Source: Flavobacteriia bacterium
GTDB lineage: Bacteria; Bacteroidota; Bacteroidia; Flavobacteriales; Flavobacteriaceae
Assembly (NCBI GenBank): GCA_030625645.1
Contig: DAOUQH010000001.1
Location: 22,331-86,330 of the forward strand
Direction: 5' to 3'
DNA length: 64,000 nucleotides
Positions 1 through 10,626 of the stretch are shown piece after piece. The number at the start of each line of letters is the position of its first letter. The first letter of the stretch is position 1. A program made the position numbers and the translations under genes. A model generated the notes under the pieces. The model was not told the DNA's origin. It saw nothing but the letters and a program-made list of their open reading frames with translations, and ran no database searches.

Positions 1-610
1 GATTTTTAGCTTGAAAAAGCATTTCAGCCGCAGCTTTGATTTTATTTTTATCAATTTTTGGAGTGTGCTTATTTTTTAAATAAGCCACCATTTCTTTTAC
101 CTCACCTTTAAACATCTGTATTTCGGTAGGAATTTCAATAAATACAGGACCTGGTTCACCGGAAATAGCAATATCGTAAGCTTTATAGATTGTAGAAATT
201 AACTTTTCGTGAGAAGTAATTCTAAAGAACTTTTTAGTAATTTCCTTAACCAAATTACCCTGATCCAACTGATGTAATTGATAATGTTTTCCTGTATCTT
301 GTCTTGTTCCTCCAGAAATGATTAACATCGGAATGCCATCTAAAAAAGCCTCTCCAATTCCACTCATTGCATTTGTCGTTCCAGCAGCAGGCACGATCAT
401 AAGTGTACCAATGCTTTTTGAAGTACACGAAACTCCTAGAGCCATAAAAGAGGCTCCACCTTCATGAGTTACTAAAATTGGCTCGATCTTATCGGAATTA
501 TTAAGTTCATCATACAACTCAATATTATGAACTCCCGGAATGCCAAAAGTGTATTTTACCCCAATTTGTTCTAAAGCGTAAACTGCTAATTCTGCTCCTG
601 TTTTTTTCAT
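1..610 (-). CDS. Thiamine pyrophosphate-binding protein, acetolactate synthase large subunit-like (partial, runs off window start)
   Basis: Manual translation from ATG at 610: MKKTGAELAVYALEQIGVKYTFGIPGVHNIELY...VTHEGGASFMA...GEPGPVFIEIP, the typical ThDP enzyme N-terminal domain. Confidence 0.85.
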   Translation of the reverse strand, partial: MKKTGAELAVYALEQIGVKYTFGIPGVHNIELYDELNNSDKIEPILVTHEGGASFMALGVSCTSKSIGTLMIVPAAGTTNAMSGIGEAFLDGIPMLIISGGTRQDTGKHYQLHQLDQGNLVKEITKKFFRITSHEKLISTIYKAYDIAISGEPGPVFIEIPTEIQMFKGEVKEMVAYLKNKHTPKIDKNKIKAAAEMLFQAKN

Positions 611-677
611 CGATGTCTTTTTATTTTATGTTAATACCGTTTATTGAGGCATATTTTAAAAAATTATCAAAATAAAC

Positions 678-2309
678 TTATTTACTTATTATATGCTTTA
701 CTGCTTTTTGTGCCGTAAAAATACACGTAGCTAAAAATGTTCCTTCTAAAGCACGCTTACCATGCGAACCACCACCTCCAAATCCCGCTGCTTCACCAAC
801 AGCATATAAATTTTTAAAACTATTTTGTTCGCCTTTTTCATTTGGAATATTCAAGACCTGAGAATCTAGATTTGTTTGTATTCCACCCAAACTTTTTCTA
901 GATAAAATAAACTCTCTAATCGCAATTAATGGATAATGCTTTTTCTGATTTAATTTTTGTGGCTTTAAGGTTCTTTTTTTATCTCCTTTATACTCGCGTG
1001 TTTGTTTAATTCTTCTAATTTGTTCATTATTCCAAATATTTTTTCCTCTTTCAAAATTAGAATCATAACTTTCAATTGAATTTTTAAGAGCCTCAACAGT
1101 CACATCATTAGTTCCTGCAGATTCATTCATCTTTTTAACCAGATCCTCAATGCTATTTGCAGTAATATAATTGGGAGAATCTTTTTCTAAAGTTTTAATT
1201 AGTTTTTTATTTCCTTTAAAAATAGAACTTAAAAATTTTAAAATATTTTTTTCTTTAATTCCTTCATTAAATTCAGAGCCAGACACAGCAAGTTCTTTGT
1301 ATGCAATGGTATTATTAAGAATTTGCCAGGAATATTTCTTTTCTTGCTCACAAATTTTACTTACCAAATATCTTGTATCAAAAGCTGTAATTAATGGAAT
1401 TGGTCCCATTTGCTCCCCTTTATAATTTAGCCATAATGCAGATTTTGGAGGCACTAAACTTAGTCCGTGATTTTCTCTTTTAGGATAGGGATGAGGTATA
1501 CCGGCAGCATAATTCCACATTAAATTTAGATTAGTAACATTACCTCCAATTTTTTCAACTTTATCGTGAATTAATCCATCAGAAAAATGATGTGATCCGT
1601 TTAGAATAACTTTAGGTGGAGTATCCCATTCTTTATGCCAGTGTTCTCTTACTTTTTGCATATTCCCATTGATTCCTCCTGTAGCAATGATAAAATCTTT
1701 TGCCTGACAAATAAAGGAAGTATTGTCAGCTTCATTTATTCCTAAAATGGAAGTAATTTCATCATTTTTAATTGTAAAACCTTCTGCTTTATGCTGAAAT
1801 AAAACTTGTAGATTATTATAATTTTTATGTGATTTTAAATGTTTAAGCAGCGATTTTATTAGTCCGTGACCAGTTCCCCAAACCATATGAAACCTTGGAA
1901 CAGAATTACCAGGTTGATGTAAACCTCTTTCCACCCAATGTACTATCGGAAAAAAACGGATTCCTTTATCACTTACCCATTTGTAAATATGGTGCGTTGA
2001 TTCTAAAAATTCATTTGCCCATTTTTTACCCCAAATTTCTTTTTTGTCAAATTCGGCAAAAGAAAACCAATCTTTTTTAGCCTGATTTATACCGTCTTTT
2101 ATTTTTGAAAGATTCTGTTGTTTTGAGTTGATAAAAAACATACCACCGAAGGATTCTTTTGCTAACCCACCAAAATTTTTCTCGTAATCTCTCTCAATAA
2201 TGATTACTTTTTTGTTGGCTTTTATAAGTTCTATTGCAGCTGTAATCCCAGAAATTCCACCACCAATAATGACAGCATCGGCATGATAAATTTTATTTTT
2301 AACCCCCAT
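678..2309 (-). CDS. FAD-binding dehydrogenase (KsdD/fumarate reductase flavoprotein-like family)
   Basis: GGGISG Rossmann motif, GGLAKESFGG, VPRFHMVWGTG, C-terminal LYAVGEAAGFGGGGSHGKRALEGTFL. Confidence 0.85.
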   Translation of the reverse strand: MGVKNKIYHADAVIIGGGISGITAAIELIKANKKVIIIERDYEKNFGGLAKESFGGMFFINSKQQNLSKIKDGINQAKKDWFSFAEFDKKEIWGKKWANEFLESTHHIYKWVSDKGIRFFPIVHWVERGLHQPGNSVPRFHMVWGTGHGLIKSLLKHLKSHKNYNNLQVLFQHKAEGFTIKNDEITSILGINEADNTSFICQAKDFIIATGGINGNMQKVREHWHKEWDTPPKVILNGSHHFSDGLIHDKVEKIGGNVTNLNLMWNYAAGIPHPYPKRENHGLSLVPPKSALWLNYKGEQMGPIPLITAFDTRYLVSKICEQEKKYSWQILNNTIAYKELAVSGSEFNEGIKEKNILKFLSSIFKGNKKLIKTLEKDSPNYITANSIEDLVKKMNESAGTNDVTVEALKNSIESYDSNFERGKNIWNNEQIRRIKQTREYKGDKKRTLKPQKLNQKKHYPLIAIREFILSRKSLGGIQTNLDSQVLNIPNEKGEQNSFKNLYAVGEAAGFGGGGSHGKRALEGTFLATCIFTAQKAVKHIISK

Positions 2310-2386
2310 TATTTTTAATAAATTTTCATAAATATAAAGAAAGAATTTTAAAATTTTAGATCGAACACTAATTTTTAGGTATGTTG

Positions 2387-2420
2387 AAAAAAAACCTGCT
2401 AAATATTAATATTAACAGGT
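2387..2420 (-). terminator. Probable intrinsic terminator downstream of the M3 peptidase
   Basis: acctg(c/t)taa...ttaacaggt hairpin next to an A8 run (U-tract on the minus strand). Confidence 0.5.
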
Positions 2421-2457
2421 GTTAAAATAATTTTTTACAAAAAAGACTAAAGTAAAC

Positions 2458-4575
2458 TTAGTTCAAGCCTCTTTTTTTGATTAACGACTCAATATTTGGC
2501 TCTTTACCTCTAAATTCTTTATATAGTTCCATGCCTTTTTTTGTACCTCCTTGGCTAAGCATTTTTCGGAATTTGCCTGCGAGATCTTTGTCAAAAATAT
2601 CCCCAGTTTCTTTAAAAGCTTCAAACGCATCAGAATCTAAAACCTCCGACCACAAATAGCTATAATATCCTGCAGAATATCCACCACTAAAAATATGTTG
2701 AAAATAGGTACTTCTATAACGTGGAATAATCTCATCCATCAAACCAATTTTGGCCATTGAAGTTTTTTCAAATTCATTACATTTTCTAAGTTTTGTGTCT
2801 TCAATGGTATGCCAGTTCATATCTAAATATGCAGCAGCCATATATTCTACAGTAAAAAACCCTTGTCCGAAGTTATTTGCATCTTGCATCTTTTTAATTA
2901 AAGCATCTGGAATTACTTCTCCGGTTTGATAATGCTTTGCAAATAATTTTAAAAATTCTGGTTCACCCATCCAGTTTTCCATTACTTGTGATGGAAATTC
3001 AACAAAATCTCTTGGTACGGAAGTTCCGCCAAGCGAACTGTATTTTGTATCAGCAAATAAACCGTGTATTGCATGTCCGAATTCATGGAAAAATGTTTGC
3101 GATGAAGAATATGAAATCAAAGTTGGCTGACCATCAGCGGCTTTTGGATAATTAAAATTAGTAGTTACAATTGGTGTTATGTATTCATCTACATTTGATT
3201 GTTTTCTCAGTGAATTCATCCATGCTCCACCTCTTTTACTTTCACGGGCAAAATAATCTAAGTAAACAATTCCAATATGCTTACCATCAGCTTCTAAAAC
3301 CTCATAGACCTGTTGATCTTCGTGCCATTTTGGTACATCTTTTAATTCTTTGAACTCTAATCCGAATAACTTATTTGTTAGTAAAAACACACCATCTCTT
3401 ACTGCATTTATTTCAAAGTAAGGGCGAGTTTCTTCTTCGTTGAAATTATATTTTTCTTTACGAATTTTTTCTACATAATAACGCCAGTCACTATCTTGAA
3501 ATTCACCTTTAATACCATCACTTTTCATGTTTGCGGCTAATGCATCTCGTTCCTTTTTTGCTTGACTTAATGCAGCAGGCCAAAGATTCCCCATGAAGTC
3601 ATATACTGCCTGAGGTGTTTCAGCCATATTATCAGATAAAATATATTCGGCATGAGATTTATAGCCTTTTAATTGTGCCTTTTCAAAACGAATTTGTACA
3701 ATTTCTTCTAAAATAGCTTTATTGTCAAACTCATTATCATTATTTCCGCGTAAAGCATAACCATTAAACATTTTTTTACGCATTTCTCGGTTTGTTGAAG
3801 CTTTTAAAAAAGGATTAACACTAACACGATGTAGAGTAAATGACCAACCATTTTCGTGCTTTCTCTTTTCGCTTTCTTTTTTAGCTCTTGCCAATAAACT
3901 TTCTGAAGCATTTCCAACATCCTTTTTATCGGTAACATGTAATTCAAAATTATTGGTTTCTTTTAATAAATTATCACCAAATTTTTGAGATAAAACAGAT
4001 AACCTACTATTTAATTCACGCAATCTGTCTTGTTTATCTTTGCTGAGGTTAATTCCAGCTCTTATAAAATTCTTATATTTTTCTTCTAATAGTTTTAAAC
4101 TTTCGGCATCGAGATTTAAGTTTTCTTTTTGTTTATAAACTGCATCAATTCTATCAAATAACTTTGGGTTTAGATTAATATCATCTGAAAGTTTTGATAA
4201 CTCAGGAGCAATAGTTTTCCCAGTTTTATTAATAATATCATCTGTATTTGCGCCTTTTACAGCATAAAAAACTCTACTCACTTTTGTCAATGTAGCACCA
4301 CTTAATTCTAATGCCAAAATAGTATTTTCAAAAGTCGGAGCTTCTTGATTATTTATAATAGTTTCAACTTCTGTTGCCTTTTCTTCAATACCTTTTCGTA
4401 AGGCAGATAAGTAGTCATCACTTTTTATTTTATCAAAAGGAGGTACTCCAAATGGAGTATTCCATTCGGTTAATAATGGGTTTTCTCTTGCTGTATCCAT
4501 AGCTTTTTCTGATTTTTTTTCACAAGATGAGAATAAAATAACACTCATGAAAAAGAATATTGTTAATCGTTTCAT
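2458..4575 (-). CDS. dcp: M3 family metallopeptidase (peptidyl-dipeptidase Dcp-like), lipoprotein
   Basis: HEFGH zinc motif, DFVEFPSQ, KRGGAWM, HIFSGGYSAGYYSYLW; start moved to MKRLTIFF...LFSSC (lipobox). Confidence 0.85.
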   Translation of the reverse strand: MKRLTIFFFMSVILFSSCEKKSEKAMDTARENPLLTEWNTPFGVPPFDKIKSDDYLSALRKGIEEKATEVETIINNQEAPTFENTILALELSGATLTKVSRVFYAVKGANTDDIINKTGKTIAPELSKLSDDINLNPKLFDRIDAVYKQKENLNLDAESLKLLEEKYKNFIRAGINLSKDKQDRLRELNSRLSVLSQKFGDNLLKETNNFELHVTDKKDVGNASESLLARAKKESEKRKHENGWSFTLHRVSVNPFLKASTNREMRKKMFNGYALRGNNDNEFDNKAILEEIVQIRFEKAQLKGYKSHAEYILSDNMAETPQAVYDFMGNLWPAALSQAKKERDALAANMKSDGIKGEFQDSDWRYYVEKIRKEKYNFNEEETRPYFEINAVRDGVFLLTNKLFGLEFKELKDVPKWHEDQQVYEVLEADGKHIGIVYLDYFARESKRGGAWMNSLRKQSNVDEYITPIVTTNFNYPKAADGQPTLISYSSSQTFFHEFGHAIHGLFADTKYSSLGGTSVPRDFVEFPSQVMENWMGEPEFLKLFAKHYQTGEVIPDALIKKMQDANNFGQGFFTVEYMAAAYLDMNWHTIEDTKLRKCNEFEKTSMAKIGLMDEIIPRYRSTYFQHIFSGGYSAGYYSYLWSEVLDSDAFEAFKETGDIFDKDLAGKFRKMLSQGGTKKGMELYKEFRGKEPNIESLIKKRGLN

Positions 4576-4709
4576 TTGTAATAGTTTTAAATTTTGAGTT
4601 TGCAAAATAGAATAAATGGATATATTAAAAGCTAACAAACATCATTTTGTAATGTTTGTTTCAAATACGTAGAAAATACTTTTTAAGTAAACAATATTGG
4701 TAATGATTT

Positions 4710-4970
4710 TTATGAATCTTTATGGGGTTCTATGTCGTGTAGTTCTCCTAATTGTTTTAATAAATCAAAAGTTTTTTTAGCTTCATCTTCATCTATAACA
4801 CTTATTGTAGCACCAACATGAACCAAAACATAATCACCAACATTGGCTTCTGGAGTCAAAGTTAAGCTTACATCCTTAATAACTCCGTCAAATGAAACTT
4901 TTCCTGTACGGAAAGTTTCATCTAATTCTGCAGTGATTTCTATTAATTTCCCGGGTATTGATAAGCACAT
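4710..4970 (-). CDS. hypC: Hydrogenase maturation chaperone HypC
   Basis: MCLSIPG N-terminus and VGDYVLVHVG motif; start set at the ATG preceding the conserved Cys. Confidence 0.93.
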   Translation of the reverse strand: MCLSIPGKLIEITAELDETFRTGKVSFDGVIKDVSLTLTPEANVGDYVLVHVGATISVIDEDEAKKTFDLLKQLGELHDIEPHKDS

Positions 4971-5024
4971 ATTAAATGATTTAAAATTTATTCCCACGAA
5001 AGTGGAAACAATATAATTATTAAC

Positions 5025-5807
5025 TTAGTTATAGTTTGCTTTTAGCCAGTCATACCATTTTTCCATTCCCTCTCCAGTAGTTGCTGATACTTCGAAAAAA
5101 ACTAAATCCGGATTTACCTGTTTAGCATATTCTTTAGCTTTTTCCATATCAAAATTTACGTAGGGTAATAAATCAATTTTATTGATAAGACAAACGTTTG
5201 ATGAATGGAACATATCTGGATATTTTATTGGTTTATCCTCACCCTCGGTAGTACTGATAATTACAACCCGCTTATTTTCTCCTAAATCAAACATTGATGG
5301 ACAAACCAAGTTTCCAACATTTTCTATCATTAAAATAGAGTTATCTTTAATATCTAATTTTTTTACAGCATCATAAACCATATCACTTTCTAAATGGCAT
5401 CCTTTTCCTGTATTGATTTGAATTACAGGAATATTTATAGCATCAATTCTATTTGCATCATTTAAAGTTTGTTGATCTCCTTCAATTACATAAAACGGAA
5501 TTTCACTTTTTAAATCAGCTAAGGTTTTTTCTAAAATAGAAGTTTTTCCCGAACCAGGAGAACTTACTAAGTTTAAAGTGAAAATATTTTTTGCATCAAA
5601 AAAACCTCTATTTCTAGCGGCCATTACATCATTGTGATGTAAAATATTTTGTTCAATTTCTAAAATTGTTTTATGATGGTCATGTGAATGATCGTGTGTA
5701 TGATTATGATCGTGATCACCATGATGATGGTGATGTGTTTTAATATCTTTAGGATTTTGAATATTTACACCGTTTTCACCGGTGCCGCAACCACAAGTAC
5801 CACACAT
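5025..5807 (-). CDS. hypB: Hydrogenase nickel incorporation GTPase HypB
   Basis: MCGTCGC metal motif, His-rich tract, SSPGSGKT, NTGKGCHL, ENVGNLVCP, EGEDKPIKYP. Confidence 0.96.
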   Translation of the reverse strand: MCGTCGCGTGENGVNIQNPKDIKTHHHHHGDHDHNHTHDHSHDHHKTILEIEQNILHHNDVMAARNRGFFDAKNIFTLNLVSSPGSGKTSILEKTLADLKSEIPFYVIEGDQQTLNDANRIDAINIPVIQINTGKGCHLESDMVYDAVKKLDIKDNSILMIENVGNLVCPSMFDLGENKRVVIISTTEGEDKPIKYPDMFHSSNVCLINKIDLLPYVNFDMEKAKEYAKQVNPDLVFFEVSATTGEGMEKWYDWLKANYN

Positions 5808-5827
5808 ATTTTTTGAGATTTATTATC

Positions 5828-5870
5828 CAAATATAATCAATATTAAAATATATAGATCACTTATTTATCA
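5828..5870 (-). promoter_or_regulatory. hypBC promoter: -7 element TATATTTG (5828-5835) with an upstream TGAT half-site
   Basis: Bacteroidota consensus TAnnTTTG on the minus strand; TGATAAATAAGT 23 nt upstream. Confidence 0.5.
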
Positions 5871-5879
5871 GAAAAAAGA

Positions 5880-5910
5880 AAACTGCCAATATGATTCATA
5901 TTGGCAGTTT
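5880..5910 (-). terminator. Intrinsic terminator after prc
   Basis: aaactgccaatatga-t-tcatattggcagttt inverted repeat with an A-rich flank. Confidence 0.75.
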
Positions 5911-5936
5911 ATAAATTGTAGATTTATTATTTTGAT

Positions 5937-8138
5937 TTAGTTTTTAACTAATAAATACTCCTTTTTTACCTTTAGATCAGCAAGAACATTTAAGGCTTCG
6001 TTGATATACATATCTTTATTGAGATTGTTGTGCCAGATCTCACGTTTTTTACTGAGCACAGAGTCTTTTTGCATCAATGGAATCTCATATTTTGGTGAAT
6101 TAAAAGTAAGATTGCTTTTATAATTATCGATTGCATCAAACTTTTTACTTTCCTCTTCTCTATTTTCAATATCTTTTTGATAATCGTCAAAATTTAGATA
6201 TACAGTTTTGTCATCTCTCCCTTTTTTTAGCCACTTGGCATTTTCATCAATTAGTGTAAAATGTGGATTAGAAATAATACGCTCCTTACTTTTATTGACA
6301 ACAGCATTAAAATTTTCATAATAATTAAGTGGAGTATAATTTGCTCTCGAAACTTTATCCCACCCTAAAGGTCTTTTTTCGTCTCTTTCCCCTATTTCCA
6401 AATAAGTATATTTATCTGGTATTGCAATATCAGATTCCACACCTTTTAACTGTGTTGAACCACCATTAATTCTGTAGAATTTTTGAATAGTCATTTTCAA
6501 AGCTCCAAGGTCTGTAGGATAATTATAATAATTATTTAGAGGAAGTAGATTTTGAACTGTTCCTTTTCCAAAGGTTTGTTTAGATCCAATAATTATTGCA
6601 CGATTATAATCTTGCATCGCTGCTGCAAAAATTTCAGATGCAGAAGCAGATAATTCATTTACTAGAATAACTAAAGAACCTTCCCATTGAGTTTTTTTAT
6701 CTGTGTCTGATTTTACATTTGGTTTTTCTCCTCTGTATTTTACTTGTACCACAGGTCCATCTTTTATAAATAATCCTGCAATTTCAATAGCGGTTTTTAA
6801 AGAGCCTCCCCCATTATTTCGTAGGTCTATCAATATTCCCTCTACATTTTCCTCTTTTAACCTTTCAATTTCACGAGCCATATCGGTAGCCGAATTACGA
6901 AAACCTCTTTCTTTAAAATCTATATAGAATTTAGGTAAATTAATGATTCCATAATTATGTCCATCTTTTTCGACAACACTAGATTTTGCAAAAGTCTCTT
7001 CAAGTTCAACTACATCTCTAATAATAGGAATCACTTTTAATGACCCATCAATTTTCAATACAGTTAATTTTACTTCAGTTCCTTTTTTACCTTTTATAAA
7101 TTCAATAGCATCATCAAGTCTCATACCAATAATGTCTTGCGGTTCACCATCGCCTTGAGAAACTTTTAATATTGCATCACCAACTTCCAATTCACCTTGT
7201 CTCCAAGCAGGTCCGCCTGATATTAATTCGACAACGGTAGTATATTCTTCCTTTTTTTGTAAACGTGCTCCAATTCCTTCAAGCTTTCCCGCCATACTAA
7301 TATCAAATCTTTTCTTATCTTTTGGAGCGAAATAACTTGTATGGGGATCAAAACTTAAAGTAATACTATTCAAATACACAGAAAACCAATCAAACTCATC
7401 GAGATCAATTACAAAATCATAAAAATCATCCATGCTTTTTCTGGTACCTTCACGAGCTTCTCTTTCTAGTTCTTCAAAAGTTTTTGGCTGACTGATATTT
7501 TTTTCTTCTTCAATAAATTTTGGTTGTTCTAAAACCTCATCAATTACAGCTTTGTCACCTTCGGAATCAGATTTTACCTGAAGCTTTTCTTGCATTCTTA
7601 TTTTTTCATGTAATCTGGAAAGTGTAGCAATTTTTAATTGATCTTGCCATATCTGAATTAACTCAGCTTCATTATTAGCAAAAGATTTTTCATCATAATC
7701 TAAAGAAAAAGTTCCCTTTTTATCAAAATCAAAAGGATCATTTAAAATTTTATTATAATAATTTTGCGATTCATGTAATCGTTGGATATATCGATTATAA
7801 ACCAAATTAAAAAAACTAAGATCCTCGTTTTTAATTTGGTCATCGATCATTAATTTATATTTTGAAAATTCATCGATATCTGATTTGTAGAAAAACCGTT
7901 TGGTAGGATCTAAACCATCAATAAATTCTGTATATATATTTTTTGAGATCTCATCATTTAATTGAATTGGCTCGTAATGCCCTTTTTTCAAAGCATATCT
8001 TATCAAGGATATTAGCACCTTATCCCTTTCAGGATCTGGAGTGGTTTTCACTTGAAATCCAACCATTAATCCTGCAAAAATAATAATTGGTATTATTATT
8101 TTGTATTTCCTTTTCATATATTCTAAGGTTTTATGCAT
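5937..8138 (-). CDS. prc: Carboxy-terminal processing protease (S41A, tail-specific protease)
   Basis: DPHTSY, PDZ (LEGIGARL), DLRNNGGGSL, SASASEIFA, TFGKGTVQ; alternative start at 8117. Confidence 0.92.
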   Translation of the reverse strand: MHKTLEYMKRKYKIIIPIIIFAGLMVGFQVKTTPDPERDKVLISLIRYALKKGHYEPIQLNDEISKNIYTEFIDGLDPTKRFFYKSDIDEFSKYKLMIDDQIKNEDLSFFNLVYNRYIQRLHESQNYYNKILNDPFDFDKKGTFSLDYDEKSFANNEAELIQIWQDQLKIATLSRLHEKIRMQEKLQVKSDSEGDKAVIDEVLEQPKFIEEEKNISQPKTFEELEREAREGTRKSMDDFYDFVIDLDEFDWFSVYLNSITLSFDPHTSYFAPKDKKRFDISMAGKLEGIGARLQKKEEYTTVVELISGGPAWRQGELEVGDAILKVSQGDGEPQDIIGMRLDDAIEFIKGKKGTEVKLTVLKIDGSLKVIPIIRDVVELEETFAKSSVVEKDGHNYGIINLPKFYIDFKERGFRNSATDMAREIERLKEENVEGILIDLRNNGGGSLKTAIEIAGLFIKDGPVVQVKYRGEKPNVKSDTDKKTQWEGSLVILVNELSASASEIFAAAMQDYNRAIIIGSKQTFGKGTVQNLLPLNNYYNYPTDLGALKMTIQKFYRINGGSTQLKGVESDIAIPDKYTYLEIGERDEKRPLGWDKVSRANYTPLNYYENFNAVVNKSKERIISNPHFTLIDENAKWLKKGRDDKTVYLNFDDYQKDIENREEESKKFDAIDNYKSNLTFNSPKYEIPLMQKDSVLSKKREIWHNNLNKDMYINEALNVLADLKVKKEYLLVKN

Positions 8139-8370
8139 TATATTTAGTATAAAAACACCAAAAGTGTGCCAAGATAATAAAAATAAGCAGTTATTTATCC
8201 AATAGATTGATAAATGCTAATTTTTATTTACATGCAATACTAACTAAATAATTCTTAAATCATTCTCAATAAAATGTTAAAGAAGAAACGAATATTTATG
8301 CTAATTATTGAGTTAAAAATAAATTATCTTTAATTAATCATAAAACATTAAATTTGTTAAAAAAATAAAC

Positions 8371-9141
8371 ATGAATAAAAGACCTTTAATATTAGTAACT
8401 AATGATGATGGAATATCAGCACCAGGAATAAGAACGCTTATAGAAGTGATGAATGAAATTGGTGAAGTTTTTGTTTTAGCTCCCGACAGTCCTCAAAGTG
8501 GAATGGGACACGCAATTACTATTGATACTACAATTTATTGTGATGAAGTTTTTACAAACAAAGGGGATCAAAGTGAGTTTCGTTGTTCTGGTACGCCAGC
8601 AGATTGTGTTAAAATGGCAATTAGTGAAATCTTACCTAAAAAACCTGATATATGTGTGTCTGGCATAAATCACGGATCAAATTCTTCAATCAATGTAATC
8701 TATTCAGGTACTATGAGCGCCGCGATTGAAGCTGGTATCGAGGGAATTCCCGCAATTGGTTTTTCATTATTAGATTATTCATGGAATGCCAATTTTGAAG
8801 GTTTAAAAAAACACATTAAAAAAATTACACTAGAAGTTTTAGATAATGGAATGCCTGATGGCGTAGTGCTGAATGTGAATTTTCCGAAATTAGAAAACAA
8901 TAATTTTAAAGGAATTAAAATTTGTCGTCAAGCCCGAGCTAATTGGGTAGAAGGATTTGATAAGCGTATTAATCCTCAAGGGAAAGAATATTATTGGCTT
9001 ACCGGAAAATTTATTAATTTAGATCATGGTGAAGATACAGATGTTTGGGCTCTTGAAAATGATTACATTTCAATTGTTCCGGTTCATTTTGACCTAACAG
9101 CGCATCATTTTATTAAAAAATTAAACTTATGGGACTTATGA
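8371..9141 (+). CDS. surE: 5'/3'-nucleotidase SurE
   Basis: ILVTNDDG, SGTPADCV, SGINHGSN, YSGTMSAA; -7 element TAAATTTG at 8349-8356. Confidence 0.96.
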   Translation: MNKRPLILVTNDDGISAPGIRTLIEVMNEIGEVFVLAPDSPQSGMGHAITIDTTIYCDEVFTNKGDQSEFRCSGTPADCVKMAISEILPKKPDICVSGINHGSNSSINVIYSGTMSAAIEAGIEGIPAIGFSLLDYSWNANFEGLKKHIKKITLEVLDNGMPDGVVLNVNFPKLENNNFKGIKICRQARANWVEGFDKRINPQGKEYYWLTGKFINLDHGEDTDVWALENDYISIVPVHFDLTAHHFIKKLNLWDL

Positions 9142-9419
9142 TAAAAAAAGAAATATTTATTGGTTTTTTAATAGCCTTAGTAGCAACCTCTTTTGGTTTT
9201 TACCTATATGTTGAATTTGTTTTACCTTATGGATTTCAAGAATCTTTAAAAATAATAAACGAAGAAAATCTATGGGGAAAAGTACTTGGATTGGCAGCAA
9301 TACCAAACTTATTGGTGTTTTTTGTTTTTATAAAAAAGAAACAAGATTATAGAGCAAAAGGTGTATTATTAGAAACGTTTGTTGTCACCTTTTTAATTTT
9401 AATTTCAATGTTCTTTTAA
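9138..9419 (+). CDS. Small hypothetical membrane protein (about 3 TM)
   Basis: Hydrophobic segments; ATGA overlap with the surE stop, 2 bp before lpxB. Confidence 0.75.
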   Translation: MIKKEIFIGFLIALVATSFGFYLYVEFVLPYGFQESLKIINEENLWGKVLGLAAIPNLLVFFVFIKKKQDYRAKGVLLETFVVTFLILISMFF

Positions 9420-9421
9420 GG

Positions 9422-10540
9422 ATGAAATATTATATAATTGTAGGAGAAGCTTCGGGTGATCTACACGCCTCAAACTTAATGAAAGAATTGCTTAAAAAAG
9501 ATCCTCAAGCTGAATTTAGATTTTGGGGAGGTGATTTGATGCAAGCTGTTGGTGGAACTTTGGTAAGACACTTTAAAGACCTTGCTTTTATGGGTTTTTT
9601 GGAGGTTATTATGAATTTGAATACAATTTTAAGTAATATTAAATTTTGTAAAAAAGATATTTTAAAATACAAACCAGATGCCTTAATCTTGGTAGATTAT
9701 CCTGGATTTAATTTAAAAATTGCCGAATTTGCCAAAAAGAATGATATCCTGATTCATTATTATATTTCACCAAAAATATGGGCATGGAAAGAGAGTAGAA
9801 TTCATAGAATAAAACGAGATGTTGATTTTATGTATATCATCTTACCTTTTGAAGTTGATTTCTTTGAAAAGAAACATAATTTTCATGTGAATTATGTAGG
9901 TAATCCTTTGTTAGATGAAATAGCAAATAGAAACCCGATTGATAAAAAACTTTTCCGAAAGGAAAATAATTTAAGTACAAAACCAATTATTGCACTTCTG
10001 CCAGGTAGTCGAACACAGGAGATTACAAAAATGCTTTCGATAATGTTAAAGATGTCTCCTAAGTTTCCAGATTATCAATTTGTAATTGCCGGAGCCCCAA
10101 GTCAGAAGTTATCATTTTACCAGTCATTTATTCCAAATAATGATATAGCTGTTATAGAGAATAAAACCTACGATTTATTATCGGAATCGTATGCTGCTTT
10201 GGTTACTTCTGGTACTGCAACTCTGGAAACAGCAATTTTTAAGGTGCCACAAGTTGTTTGCTATAAAGCAGGAACAATAACTTATAATATTGCTAAATTA
10301 TTGATAAAAAATATTAAATATTTTTCATTGGTAAACTTGATTTTAGATAAAGAAGCTGTCGCAGAATTACTTCAAGATGAATTAAATGAAAACAGGCTTG
10401 AATTAGAACTTAAAAACATTTTAAGTTCTAACGGAAGAGAAAAGATGTTTGAAGAATATTTTGAATTAGAAAAAAAATTAGGAGGGATAGGTGCTAGTAA
10501 AAGAACAGCCGAATTGATTGTTGAAAATACCATAAAATAA
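9422..10540 (+). CDS. lpxB: Lipid-A-disaccharide synthase
   Basis: GEASGDLH, DYPGFN, YISPKIWAW, LLPGSR, TSGTATLE. Confidence 0.96.
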   Translation: MKYYIIVGEASGDLHASNLMKELLKKDPQAEFRFWGGDLMQAVGGTLVRHFKDLAFMGFLEVIMNLNTILSNIKFCKKDILKYKPDALILVDYPGFNLKIAEFAKKNDILIHYYISPKIWAWKESRIHRIKRDVDFMYIILPFEVDFFEKKHNFHVNYVGNPLLDEIANRNPIDKKLFRKENNLSTKPIIALLPGSRTQEITKMLSIMLKMSPKFPDYQFVIAGAPSQKLSFYQSFIPNNDIAVIENKTYDLLSESYAALVTSGTATLETAIFKVPQVVCYKAGTITYNIAKLLIKNIKYFSLVNLILDKEAVAELLQDELNENRLELELKNILSSNGREKMFEEYFELEKKLGGIGASKRTAELIVENTIK

Positions 10541-10576
10541 TATTTCCATTTTTTATTAAGGATTGATTTTTTGGAT

Positions 10577-10610
10577 AAAAAAACGACCCCTTTTGGGGTC
10601 GTATATTTTT
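10577..10610. terminator. Bidirectional intrinsic terminator between convergent genes
   Basis: acgacccc-tttt-ggggtcgt hairpin (10583-10602) flanked by A- and T-rich tracts. Confidence 0.75.
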
Positions 10611-10626
10611 TAAACAAACATTTTAA

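Noticed and set aside
5672-5738. Short tandem (TGA/TGG/TCG) repeats
   Set aside because: These are the codons of the HypB His-rich nickel-binding tract, not an independent repeat.
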